A stretch of DNA of 26,270 nt from Octopus sinensis (GCF_006345805.1 NW_021834775.1:1-26270), one strand, 5' to 3'. Shown: positions 9,740-20,924, counted from the first letter of the stretch. A program made the numbers and translations. The notes: generated by a model from the letters alone, not told the origin.

Positions 9740-10893
9740 TAAGGCCTTTGTAATAGTGTCCTTTGTGGTGGACGCATTCAAAAGGGGTTTATATTTTGTG
9801 ATAAAGTATGACTCTTAACTAATGCACTGACTACAGGTTGCATCGTCCCTGAATTGATAGATGGGGAAAATTCTGAAGCTTGGGTTGTATGGTATTGGCG
9901 CAAATGTTCGCTGAATGCTATTTTTCCGTATTTCCGAATCTTGATCTGGGATCTATGTAGAGCCATCCTTTAACGTAGACTATTTTTGGTTTGGCCTATA
10001 TATTGCTCTCGACACCCAGAACAAGTTAATACATATATCAGGTTCTCCGAGGCACATGTGAAGTTGCTTTACACTGTAAAACGTTGACCCTGCTTGAAAG
10101 AGAACTCTTATCCTCAATTAGGTTGACGCATATACCACAGTTTTTTACTGACAGTTTCGCTGTTGTTGTCGAGCGTACTTGGGCTTGTGTTAAGAGATTT
10201 TTCATAGATTTGGGCTGTCTTTTGCTCTTTATGATGGTGTGCGTTTGGAGGATTAAATTCATTCTGTAGTACCCTTTTAGTAGGGGAATGTACTGGAGGA
10301 TGGTGTCGAAGGCTTCATTGTTAAGAGGGTTGTGTGTGGAGATGTATGGTAGGGCTTTTGGTAGTAAATCCTTCTTTAATTTGGGATGCCTGAGTTCGTG
10401 GATGTTAAGTTGTAGGGCACGTTGAAAGCGTATATCAATTAGTGATAGTGGGTAGTCCCTAGTAATGAGTGTATCCTTAAGTTCATGTAATCCTGTGTCC
10501 CTGGTGCTTGTATTAGAAACTATAGTACAAATCCTTTTTGCTAGGTTGAAAGGGATATTCATTATAGTGTGTCTGGAGTGGAATGAGTTGAACGGTACAT
10601 ATTGCTTGGAGTCCGTGGGCTTATAGTATATATCTGTTTCTATTTCGTTGTTAGATTTCTTAATGAGGATGTCGAGGAAAGGAAGTTGTTGATAGTTATA
10701 TTCCATCGTGAATTGAATGTTTACGTCAAGTCCATTTATAAGTGCTTGAAATTCTTTCAGTCTCTCTATACTTCCATGCCAAAGAATGAAACAGTCATCC
10801 AGATACCTCTTCCAGTTATTTTCTATGTAAAGGGAGAATGGGTTGCCGTATTTTTCTAGTACCTTACGATAAAGACTGATTTCTAAGAATTTC
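9740..10893 (-). pseudogene. PLE (Neptune-like) RT C-terminal half, Cys linker and GIY-YIG endonuclease; 5'-truncated and disrupted
   Basis: WKRYLDDCF, LPFLDI and IYYKPTDS. After frameshifts: NFTCASENLIYVLTCSGCREQYIGQTKNSLR*RMALH..FSEH..ESYFITKYKPLLN. Confidence 0.92.
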
Positions 10894-10894
10894 A

Positions 10895-11930
10895 AGCACT
10901 TATACATGGACTTATAAATGGAATGATCAGCCAAATAGTTTTACCAGGACACACCTTCTTATTAAGTCTGTAAAAGTCCTAGACTTATTTCTATTACGTA
11001 TAAAGGGATATAAAGAACGGTTATCTCCCTTACGCTGCAAATTAACATTTCTCGATTTAGTGTTGTTATTCGAACTAAAATTTATATTGTTATTACCGTT
11101 ATGACGTGTTTTCATGTCCTGATTAATAGAAGCAGAATTATTGTCAATGGGGTTAATATAGGTATTTTTTCTTTATAGCCTGCTATAAGGCAGAGTTATA
11201 AAATTCAGCTTTATCGTTGAAGATATTAACATTAGCTGATAATCTACAAAGTCTAAGTGAAATATTTCCAACTAAATTCCTTGTAATAGCCTTTGGATGA
11301 TTACTGAAAGAGCTAATATATTTTAAATTAGTTGAGGATTTATGATATGGAAAATATGAATCATTATATAAGTTAAGGGTAATATCCAAAAAGTTGGCTT
11401 TAGTTATATCATCATCGAAAATAATGTTTAAGACCATGTTTCGAAAAAAATTAACCAACCTATTTGTAATTTTTGGCTAGAAATATTTTGAAAGTAGCGC
11501 AGACAATCATCACCATATAAATCTCCATCGATGTTTGGGAATTGGTCAGCCATCTCATAAATGATATATATATATATATACCAACCAAATCAGCCAATAG
11601 TGCTGAGTTAGAACTTCCCATCGTAACATCAAAACTGTCAGGCGTATCTTTACGGATCCATAGCCTATTTTCAAATTTAATGATCGATTTTCTAGCACAT
11701 TAATTTCATCCCGGGTGAGACCTGCTTTGTTGTATGCAAACCAGAGTGCTTTGTTGAGTATAATTGGCTTATTAGAGGAATAGTAACTACAAATGTTGAA
11801 CTGGATAAACTTAGTGCACTTCTTGTTATTAATAGAACTAAACCTTTCCAGGTTTAATTGAGCCTTAATTTTTTAACTAAAAAAGGAATATATTTTTCTA
11901 AAATATTTTTGCTAAGTACACCGATATCCA
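10895..11930 (-). pseudogene. Second, divergent PLE-type reverse transcriptase (possibly Naiad-like), decayed
   Basis: DIGVLSKNILEK..KFIQFNICSYYSS..LNKALWFA..ARKSII..FDVTMGSSNSALLADLVGIYI..LYGDDCL..NFLDITLNL..YFPYHK..SNHPK..KTIWLIIPF. Confidence 0.85.
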
Positions 11931-12817
11931 GATTAAACCAATATATATTTTTTGTGTTATATTTAAAATACTCACAACTAAAATTTCCATACGCACTTCA
12001 GATGTTAAATGTTAAACCTAACGATCTTTGATGATCAATCACGATGAATAAACTTGGACAATGAGAGTCGAAACATCCTTCCATAGCTTTTGACTTTCCT
12101 TTGGAGATAAGACAATAATTTCTGACACTTCAACATGAACGTGAAATGTTTAAAAACATATATATTCTAAACTACATACTAAACTTTAAACTCCCTCTAC
12201 CTCTTCTTTTGCAACTACAGCTGTTCTTGCTCTATTAGATTAACCTAAACCTAAAATCTCATCTAAACCTATTCATTGTACATACTTCACTTTTTTTTCT
12301 CCTAGCTTCCTTCACTTTTCTTCCTCACGTCTCAGTTCCCTTACTTTAAATAAAAAGTATTCATGTTTGAATAAGTTTACTTTCTTTTCTGTCTTTTCTT
12401 TTTTGTTGAATTATGGTAGTGGTAACTTAGGATTCGCAGAATAATTTCTTAGTGTTTCAGTAAAGAACAAACATTTTTATTGTTTATTTACAAAATTCTC
12501 TTCAGCGCCTCTGTCTAGTTTGTACAGGTCAAACTGCTTTAAATGTCAGTGAAATCACTTTGAAAATAAATCACCAATAAAAATAATAAATAAATACATA
12601 CAAGTAAATATGGTTGGAAGACTCAAGGAAAACGACAGACTTGTGTAATAGTCAGTTGACACAGGAAAGAAAATATGAAATATAAATGGCAGAAGCTATG
12701 ATAAAATATTTAAAAAAATGGAATATAGAAGGTAAAATGTTGAGCAATATCACAACCAAAAAGAATAACAACAATGCTAGCAATAAAAACTCTAATATTA
12801 TAAGCAATTGCGAAAAT

Positions 12818-13047
12818 GGAGCGAGGTGGAAGAATCGTTAGCACGCCGGGCGAAATGCTTACCGGTATTTCGTCTGCCGCTACGTTCTGAGTTCAAATTC
12901 CGTCGAGGTCGACTTTGCCTTTCATCCTTTCGGGGTCGATAAATAAAGTACCAGTTACGCACTGGGGCCGATGTAATCAACTTAATCTGTTTGTCTGTCC
13001 TTGTTTGTCCCCTCTATGTTTAGCCCCTTGTGGGCAATAAAGAAATA
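12818..13047 (+). mobile_element. Full-length SINE family B (Meta-domain-like core)
   Basis: gaatcgttagcacgccgggcgaaatgc..gagttcaaattcc..gcctttcatcctttcggggtcgataaa..aagtacc..aataaagaaata. Confidence 0.9.
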
Positions 13048-13048
13048 T

Positions 13049-13450
13049 GAATCGTTAATGCGTCGGATGAAATGTTTAGCGATAGTTCTTCCTGCTCTTA
13101 ACGTTCTGCGGGAGTTGACTTTGCTTTTCATCCTTTCGGTGGGGTCAATAAAATAAGTACCAGCTGAACCCAGCGGTCGATGTAATCCCTTTCCTTGGCG
13201 TTGTGCAAATTTTGAAGCCCTTATAAGTGACTACAATGACGGTGGGGTGGTAAAATCATTATGAGCGCCTAACAAAATACCTTGTGGTACTTAATTACGT
13301 CCGTTTACGTTCTAAGTTCAAGCCTGACTGAAACCAGCTTTGCGATTGATTTTTTTAGGAGTCTATAAAGTCATTAGCAGTGAATTAAGGAGGGAGTTTT
13401 TATCGGATTCTATCTAACTCCAAATATGTGACTTCGTGCATTTGTTAGAA
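13049..13450 (+). mobile_element. Two older degenerate SINE family B copies in tandem
   Basis: gactttgcttttcatcctttcggtggggtcaataaaataagtacc and tttacgttctaagttcaa. Confidence 0.65.
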
Positions 13451-13619
13451 ATCATTATAAGCAATTCCAGAATTGTTTCGTTTTTAAACCGATGAACAAT
13501 ACTTATTTGCAAATTTATGTGCATCGCAAACATTAGTAAATTTATGTGTTAAATTACAATTTATTGTGACTGAAGTTTCTGGAATTACTCCTTTATTCAA
13601 ATATTACAATCTCAGTGCA

Positions 13620-14560
13620 TTTAATATTGTTACATTTATTTATTTGGACGAATTAGTGGGCAACGATTTTGTACGGTGTTTGACGAGTAAGACACAATTA
13701 GGAGAACGTAAAGGAGGATGGATCAGATAACCCAGCGTAGAAGTGATACCCTACTTCCTACAGTTCAGAGGAGTGGTGTCTACTGTAGTAACTGTTGAAG
13801 AACTTGAGACAAAAACAGAAATGCAAAAGCGTGTTCGTTTATGGTCCTAGATAATTTAGCAACACTGTACAGAACATTTTATTTGAGTATTGTAGAGTAG
13901 GTTACCAATTGATTAAAGCTGAAGTATTTTTTAAAACTTTTATCCTGAAGAGAACGCCTGATATTTGAATAAAGTTTTGTCAATATGATGTATGTGAGGT
14001 TGCTATGGAATATCATCAGAGATCGTGAGATCTGGCATTTCCAGCGATTTTGAGTTATTTGTTAAAAAAGGACCTTGGCAAAATTTGATAAGAAGAAAGG
14101 ATCAAATGTTTAGTAATAATTTTTGGATGAAGGATCGTAAGGAAGATGAGACATGGGTGCATTGTGTAAATCAGGATAGAGGTGATATATAGCAGACTAT
14201 CTTACAAAATCGGAAGTTATTGTAGCGGTAAATGAAACAAAGGCAAAATATAAATAAATAAAATGTGAACAGTGCGTCTGTAAACCTGTGGCTGCGAAGA
14301 ATGCTGTTTCGGCTATGTGTGTACTTCTAGCATTGTCCCAGATATGTGAGTAGTGCTTTAATCTGGGTTGCACTTCACTTGAGCATTTCTGAGAGTGAGC
14401 TATTTCTGGAGAATTGTCTGATTCTACAAAGAAAAAAAAAACAGTTTATGGAATATAGTTTTGGCAATGTTTATATTTCTGGAACCACCAAGAGATTTGT
14501 TAGAAATTGTTAGGCCTATCATCTGTGGCGATTTTGAGAAGTTTAGTCGTGAATTGAGCA
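13620..14560 (+). pseudogene. Possible highly decayed gag-like region with CCHC zinc-knuckle remnants
   Basis: SYCSGK*NKGKI*, KCEQC..AAKN and VC..HCPRY between ~14215 and 14350, with many stops. Confidence 0.3.
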
Positions 14561-14769
14561 CGAGTAACAGAGTTGTAGTGTCGCTAGTAAGTTTTGCTCA
14601 TTATGATTAAGAAGTTAGATTTTTATTAAAGCCTTTATTATAACATCGAGATGTTGAAAGTGAGAACGATTCTGGTCTTTAAGATATTATACACGTACAC
14701 GTGTTCAATGAAACTCGATTTAAAGAATCCTACCGTTCAACAGGAAAATCAAGTTGTTTAATATTTTAT

Positions 14770-15183
14770 TATTTCTTTATTGCCCACAAGGGGCTAAACA
14801 TAGAGGGAACACACGAAGACAGAAAAAGGGATTAAGTCGATTACATCGACTCCAGTGCGTAACTGGTAGTTATTTAATCGACCCTGAAAGGATGAAAGGC
14901 AAAGTCGACCTCGGCGGAATTTGAACTCATAACGTAACGGCAGACGAAATACTTATTTCTTTACTACCCACAAGGGGCTAAACACAGAGAGGACAAACAA
15001 GGACAGACAAACGGATTAAGTCGATTACATCGACCCAGTGCGTAACTGGTACTTATTTAATCGACCCTGAAAGGATGAAAGGCAAAGTCGACCTCGGCGG
15101 AATTTGAACTCAGAACATAACGGCAGACGAAATACTGCTAAGCATTTCGCCCGGCGCGCTAACGTGTCTGTCAGCTCGCTGTC
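14770..15183 (-). mobile_element. SINE family B tandem dimer (full copy 14953-15183 plus headless copy 14770-14952)
   Basis: Two consecutive reverse-complement matches to 12818-13047. Confidence 0.9.
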
Positions 15184-15324
15184 TTCTTTGTTAAATATTT
15201 TCTACTCTCATTATACAAGACACGTGTACCTCGATTTCGACAAATTCATTTGTAGATTTGAAGCCAAGCCATTGCGTTCAATAAGATTGTGTAATAAAAT
15301 TCTTCTTATTTTTTGTTTTTATTT

Positions 15325-15740
15325 TTGGTCAGAAAGTGTTATTTCATATTTGCTTCTATCTAGAAATCAAAGGAAATAACTATTATTCCCTTCAAACTTT
15401 GTTTTTGTGACCTGGACATCAATGTTTTGAAACTAACCTATTTTACATTACAGTCAGATAGATTCAGCGCTCAGCTGCCCGAAGCAGAAATATTCTGCTC
15501 AATGCAACAGACATGTTTGCCAATTGCTTGACTTTAACCACTTGAGCATGCCCCTTAGTAGCTGAAAATTTGTGCATTTCTGACTATGAGCAGGAGTAGT
15601 GGGGGAGCATCATAGCCATGTGTCGAGTGGGATTCTTTGAGGTTTAAATAAATGTAGCAGAAGCAAAGTTTGAAGGAAATATTAGCCATTTTTCATACTT
15701 TCTAGGGATAAGCAAACAGGAAATAACTGTTGCTACCCAA
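15325..15740. mobile_element. Foldback/MITE-like element with ~85-bp imperfect TIRs
   Basis: ccttcaaactttg (15389-15401) versus caaagtttgaagg (15664-15676). Inverted similarity extends outward through ttatttc..tttgctt..ctagaaa. Confidence 0.6.
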
Positions 15741-16324
15741 GGACAAAAACCGTGTTACACAGTGTAATCTCAAGAGAAATTACTAGTTTTGTGCATCGAC
15801 GTAAATCAATCTTCCTTTCTTCCTCCTTACCTTACTTCCTTCCTTCCTTTCTTCCTTTCTTTCTTCCTTACAATTTTCTCTTTAACACTATTTTTTTTTT
15901 AGCAAACATTGTAATATTTTTTATCGTGCTTTTTAAAAGAATTTCATATTGAAACTTTCTAAAACTTGATAATCATTAGCAAGAATATTTTACACACATA
16001 ATTTACACTGGAGACGGCCAGAAACGGAAGTAAATACTGAATATTTTATTGGAATTGGTGAGAAATGAAGTAAAAGCCAGGAAGTCTCTGTTGCATATGC
16101 ACACATACACATATACAAATATATATATATGTATATGTATATGATTGAGTGTGTGCGTGCCGCAGGACGAATCTTAATTATCTTTTAAGCTGTACGGTGA
16201 AAAACATCAAATTTCGATATATCTTTTCTATACAAACCATTTAAGAAAATAATAAATCCTGTTTGCATTTGAAATAACACGTGTTCACTTACTGTTTTTC
16301 CATACACTTTCTTCTTTTTGTCAG

Positions 16325-16348
16325 ATTTCTATAACTTGGCAGGTTGTG
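16325..16348 (+). CDS. Candidate 24-nt microexon
   Basis: cacttac..ctttcttctttttgtcag|ATTTCTATAACTTGGCAGGTTGTG|gtgagg. Splice signals only. Confidence 0.2.
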
Positions 16349-17020
16349 GTGAGGATTGCTTGTCTAGCACTCCTCTTTTTTCTTACTTGTTCCGTTCCTC
16401 TCCTTGTTTTTATACTGTTGTATATACTTTTTGTTACCTTGATAATTGAAATACGAGGTCAGTCATACACTGTGTTCCATATGTGTGTGTGTGTGTGTGT
16501 ATGTATATATCTGCACACACACATATGCACACGTTTATGTATGTATGTATATAAACAGAAGCTATAACACACTAAATATTAACGCGTTCAAATTGACAAA
16601 AAAATGCACGAAAATAAAAGTAAAGAGAGAAATCTAAATATTAAGAAAAAATATCGAAGTGTGGTTTACACGAGTGTCAAAATTTAACAAGCAAAATTGA
16701 ATTATCTTCAGAAGCTGGAACAAGCAATTGAGGATGGTTAAGAGAATAATATAAAAACAAAATAATTAAAATAGTTTCTCAATGACCATGCTAACAAACA
16801 CACACACAAACACACACATACATGCTTACATATACATGCTCCTTGAAGCAACATAGACTAGGCTCATACGATTATTAATATCAGGTTTCAGTACTGAGGC
16901 CAGGTAAATATTTCAAAAGTATAAGCATGATGTCCCAGCATAATTCCAATCCAATGGCAGACATTAATGAAAGATGAATGAAATTATATACACACACAGA
17001 CATACTCTTCGTATACACCG

Positions 17021-17048
<28 letters not shown>

Positions 17049-17051
<3 letters not shown>

Positions 17052-17167
17052 TGATAAAAATGGTAAGACAGCAAAAGAATGAAAGAGACCTCGATATTAT
17101 GTAAATAGAGGAATTTATTGGTAGCCATGATAAAACTCCGAGTTTCGGATGCCGAGGTGGAAATTCA
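17049..17167 (-). mobile_element. PLE-like family X 3' end with the 3' half of a hammerhead and AATAAA
   Basis: Minus strand: ggcatcc-GAAA-ctc-g-gag-TT-ttatc..AATAAA..atttttatcaat, then (TA)n. Confidence 0.7.
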
Positions 17168-17322
17168 CCGAAATTGCGAGGATGATCCGGTTCTTGACTG
17201 AGGATAGAAAGCTTCGAATGACCAGTCCTTGTTTTTTTTTTTTTTTCGTCTATCTGGATGTTTTGTTGTCCCTTTTTATATCACCTAGTTGTCCGGATGT
17301 TTTGCGCTCTTGTCCCATTTTG

Positions 17323-17395
<73 letters not shown>

Positions 17396-18207
17396 TATAT
17401 ATATATATATATAGCGGCGTACGTACATTTAGTTCTTTTATATGTAAGTATACATTTTATTAAAATTTTGTACGATTCTATTAACCTTTTCACGCTTATT
17501 CGTTCATTCCACTCTTCGCTCTATCTTTCCCTCTCCCTCACATTTCTTTGCTTTCTTTTCTTACTCACTTTTCACTTCACTATGTTCCTGTCATTTTTTC
17601 TCGCCCCTCCTTAATTATTCTGTCCATCTGCTTCTACAACTCTCTCTCTTCTCTTCTCCCTCTTTAATTCTTTTGTTCCTCTTTTTCTCTCTCTTCTCTT
17701 CCCACGTGACCGATAGGCCAGACTGCTAGCACTCTCTTTTTGGGTGTGACCGTAGTCAGTGCAACATCGATATTCTTCCCTGTGTTTGTTAAAGTTTTGT
17801 ATCTCTGTCGTAAGGCTTCATTTCCACACACGCCAGCTGAATTCAATTCGTCCCCAGTCGAAAGACACCTGTTGTGATGCCCTATTATTATTATTTTTAT
17901 TGTATTTTGTATTTATATTTGTGTAACATCATCTGTTTTTCCGCCCTTGTTTTCGTATACATTCGATGCTTTCTTCCAAGGAATCTATTGCTCTTAGCTT
18001 AGTTTTTCCTTGGGGCTGGCCAGATGGAGCAATCTCAAGATTAATCAGCCGAAATTGCGAGGATGATCCGGTTCTTGACTGAGGATAGAAAGATTCGAAT
18101 GACCCGTCCTTGTTCTTTTTTTGTATCGTCTATCTTGATGTTTAGTTGTCCGTTTTTTGTATCATCTAGTTGTCCGGATATTTTGCGTTCTTGTCCCATT
18201 TTGTATT
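17168..18207 (+). mobile_element. Non-coding partial-tandem element family Y (direct repeats 17168-17326 and 18049-18207) in (TA)n
   Basis: ccgaaattgcgaggatgatccgg..cttgtcccattttgtatt occurs twice, each followed by (TA)n. Confidence 0.7.
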
Positions 18208-18253
18208 ATATATATATATATATTCATTTTGTGATTTGCTGGTATATATATAA

Positions 18254-18335
<82 letters not shown>

Positions 18336-18355
18336 TATATATATTTGTTATTTGT

Positions 18356-18611
18356 GACCCCCTTCGGTCATGAGTGACCATGGGATTGCACCTAGAAAGT
18401 TACCCTCCTAGACACAAGTCCGGGCAAGGTTGTTTATGGAAGACCAGCAGTCGCCCATGCATACCAGCCTTCCCTCTCCACGCCACCAGTGTTATCCAGG
18501 GGAAAGACAAAGGTCGATACAGCTTGGCACCTGTGACGTCGCAACACATTTCTACAGCTGAGTTAACTGGAGCAACGTGAAATAAAGTGCCTTGCTCAAG
18601 AACACAACACA
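18356..18611 (-). mobile_element. SINE family C, head missing
   Basis: Collinear with 21264-21596 (cccttcggtcatga..cttgctcaagaacacaacac). Confidence 0.85.
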
Positions 18612-18612
18612 C

Positions 18613-18663
<51 letters not shown>

Positions 18664-18715
18664 TGTATGTATGTATGTTTGTATGTATGTATGTATTTGT
18701 AATATGTGACAATTA

Positions 18716-19027
18716 TTCGGATGCTGAGGTGGAAATCCACGCCGCCATCTCTTCAGTTATCCGGCCATCGGAAAAAATGCTATAAAAAAGACCGTTATAC
18801 AAAGGGAAATTACTGTGTGTTTGACCGTTATTAAGACAAAAGAGCTATTTGAATGACCGCTAAGTGAGGGGGTAAAAAGGTTCACAGTATTCGCGTAAGC
18901 GCGCATGTTCATGCTTACACATGCGCGCCCGCACACCCACGTGCATGCGCCTAAAAGTATACAGTCATCCACCCTCGCTTGAAACGTACACAACCTCACC
19001 CGCACCATTCGCCAAATATATGTATAT

Positions 19028-19095
<68 letters not shown>

Positions 19096-19381
19096 AACCC
19101 ACACGCGCGCGCGTGCACCAAAAAGGTTCATACACACGTCTATATACGCACAAGCACAAGAAAACACAGGGCTAAGGGTAACAATATAGAAAAAGGGTAT
19201 AAGGGAGTATAAAAATAAGCAGAGTAAACCACGTCCATATACGCACATACCCGTATGCACGCACACACACACGCCTATATACGCGCATACCCGCACACAT
19301 CTGAACATTCCTCTAAAATTCCTCTATTTACATAATATCGAGGTCTCTCTCATTCTTTTGCTGTCTTACCATTTTTATCAA
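18716..19381 (-). mobile_element. PLE-like family X body with the 5' half of a hammerhead, capped by an inverted copy of its own 3' tail (19317-19381)
   Basis: 18716-18740 matches 17144-17168. 19317-19381 is the reverse complement of 17050-17115. The minus strand reads gataa-CTGAAGA-gatg..catcc-GAA. Confidence 0.7.
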
Positions 19382-19453
19382 TATATATATATATATATAT
19401 GATAGTAAAAATATATAAATATATGCATATGTACATATATATATGTCCATACA

Positions 19454-19856
19454 TAGGAGTGGCTGTGTGGTAAGTAGCTTGCTAACCAGCCACATGGTTC
19501 CGGGTTCAGTCCCACTGCGTGGCATCTTGGGCAAGTGTCTTCTGCTATAGCCCCGGGCCGACCAATGCCTTGTGAGTGGATTTGGTAGACGGAAACTGAA
19601 AGAAGCCTGTCGTATATATGTATATATATGTATGTATGTGTGTGTATGTGTTTGTGTGTCTGTGTCCGCCCCCCTAGCATTGCTTGACAACCGATGCTGG
19701 TGTGTTTACGTCCCCGTCACTTAGCGGTTTGGCAAAAGAGACGATAGAATAAGTACTGGGCTTACAAAGAATAAGTCCCGGGTCGATTTGCTCGACTAAA
19801 GGCGGTGCTCCAGCATGGCCACAGTCAAATGACTGAAACAAGTAAAAGAGTAAAAA
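19454..19856 (+). mobile_element. Full-length SINE family A (tRNA head, CORE-like box, internal microsatellite)
   Basis: A box tggctgtgtggtaa, B box gggttcagtccc, cttgggcaagtgtctt, and tail gaaacaagtaaaagag. Confidence 0.92.
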
Positions 19857-19996
19857 AGTATACATCCATATATATGTACATATACATGCATATATGGGTA
19901 CAGGACCTAAAAAAAAAACGTTAAACACAATGAGAAACGAAAACATAGAAAACGAACTTTTTTTCGAACAACGAAAAAAACAAAGAAACGGGACAT
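19857..19996 (-). mobile_element. Diverged family Z 3' tail
   Basis: Minus-strand gtcctgtacccatatatgcatgtatatgtacat matches 2772-2805. Confidence 0.6.
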
Positions 19997-20226
19997 GTGT
20001 GTATGTATGTGTGTGTGTGCGTTTGTGTCTATGTCCGTCCCACCACCACCATTGCTTGACAACGGATGTTGGTGCGTTTGCATCCCTGTAATTTAGCTGT
20101 TCAGCTGAGGAGACTGATAGAATAAGCACCCTGAATAAGTCCAGGGGTCAACTTCTTCGACTAAAGTGTGTTGCTCCAGGATGGCCACCGTCAAATGACT
20201 GAAACAAGCAAAAGAATAAAAGAATA
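19997..20226 (+). mobile_element. SINE family A 3' half, diverged
   Basis: ttgcttgacaacggatgttggtg..caaatgactgaaacaagcaaaagaataaaagaata. Confidence 0.85.
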
Positions 20227-20400
20227 CCAGAAAAACGTTCTGTATCCCTAAACCAAAAAGTTTCTTTGAAATATGTACGATGTATTTTAAAGTTAAATTG
20301 TAATTCCGCTTATGTTTGTGTAACTGAGATATTTTGGTTGGATTATAGAGTCATTGGTGTTACATTACTTTCTATAATCTGTAACTGTCACAATATACTT

Positions 20401-20533
20401 TTCTAGGCCTGAAATTTTTGTGGGGAGTGGGCCAGTTGATTAGATCGACCCCAGTACACAAGTGGTACTTAATTTATCGACACCGAAAGGACAAAAGACA
20501 AAGTCGACCTCGGCAGAACTTGAACTCAGAACG
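20401..20533 (-). mobile_element. SINE family B fragment
   Basis: ggtacttaatttatcgac..caaagtcgacctcggcagaacttgaactcagaacgt. Confidence 0.8.
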
Positions 20534-20575
20534 TACATGTTTTTGTTTTCCGTGAATTTTTCAAGGGTTCAGCTA

Positions 20576-20630
20576 GTTATTGTTGTTGTTGTTGTTGTTG
20601 TTATTATTGTTATTATTGTTGTTGTTGTTG

Positions 20631-20674
<44 letters not shown>

Positions 20675-20687
20675 TTATTATTATTAT
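20576..20687. repeat. (GTT)n/(ATT)n microsatellite
   Basis: Direct reading. Confidence 0.95.
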
Positions 20688-20924
20688 CAAAATAGTTTGA
20701 TTCGACTTCGTGCGACTTAATGTTTCGCAGCCTTGTAATAGAAACCTAGCTCGTCCAAGCTCAGATTACCAATAGGAGGAATACTGTAAAGTGAGCTGCT
20801 ATTGGGTAGGGTGGGTCTCGTGAAGTGAGATCGGCAATCAGCGACACCAGATGCGTTAGAAAAGGAGAATCTTTTGGACCGTGTGGCTGGAAGCTGCTAC
20901 TACTACTATCAAGGAGACTTCTCC

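Noticed and set aside
10038-10934. Intact 298-aa RT gene
   Set aside because: It lacks the N-terminal RT motifs, its start comes from a different element, and the endonuclease is frameshifted with a stop.
12480-12540. Short coding-looking stretch KQFDLYKLDRGAEENFVNKQ on the minus strand
   Set aside because: No good splice sites and no recognisable motif.
20690-20790. Minus-strand GAAAC-attaa-GTC next to (ATT)n as a hammerhead
   Set aside because: No CUGANGA box or stem I.
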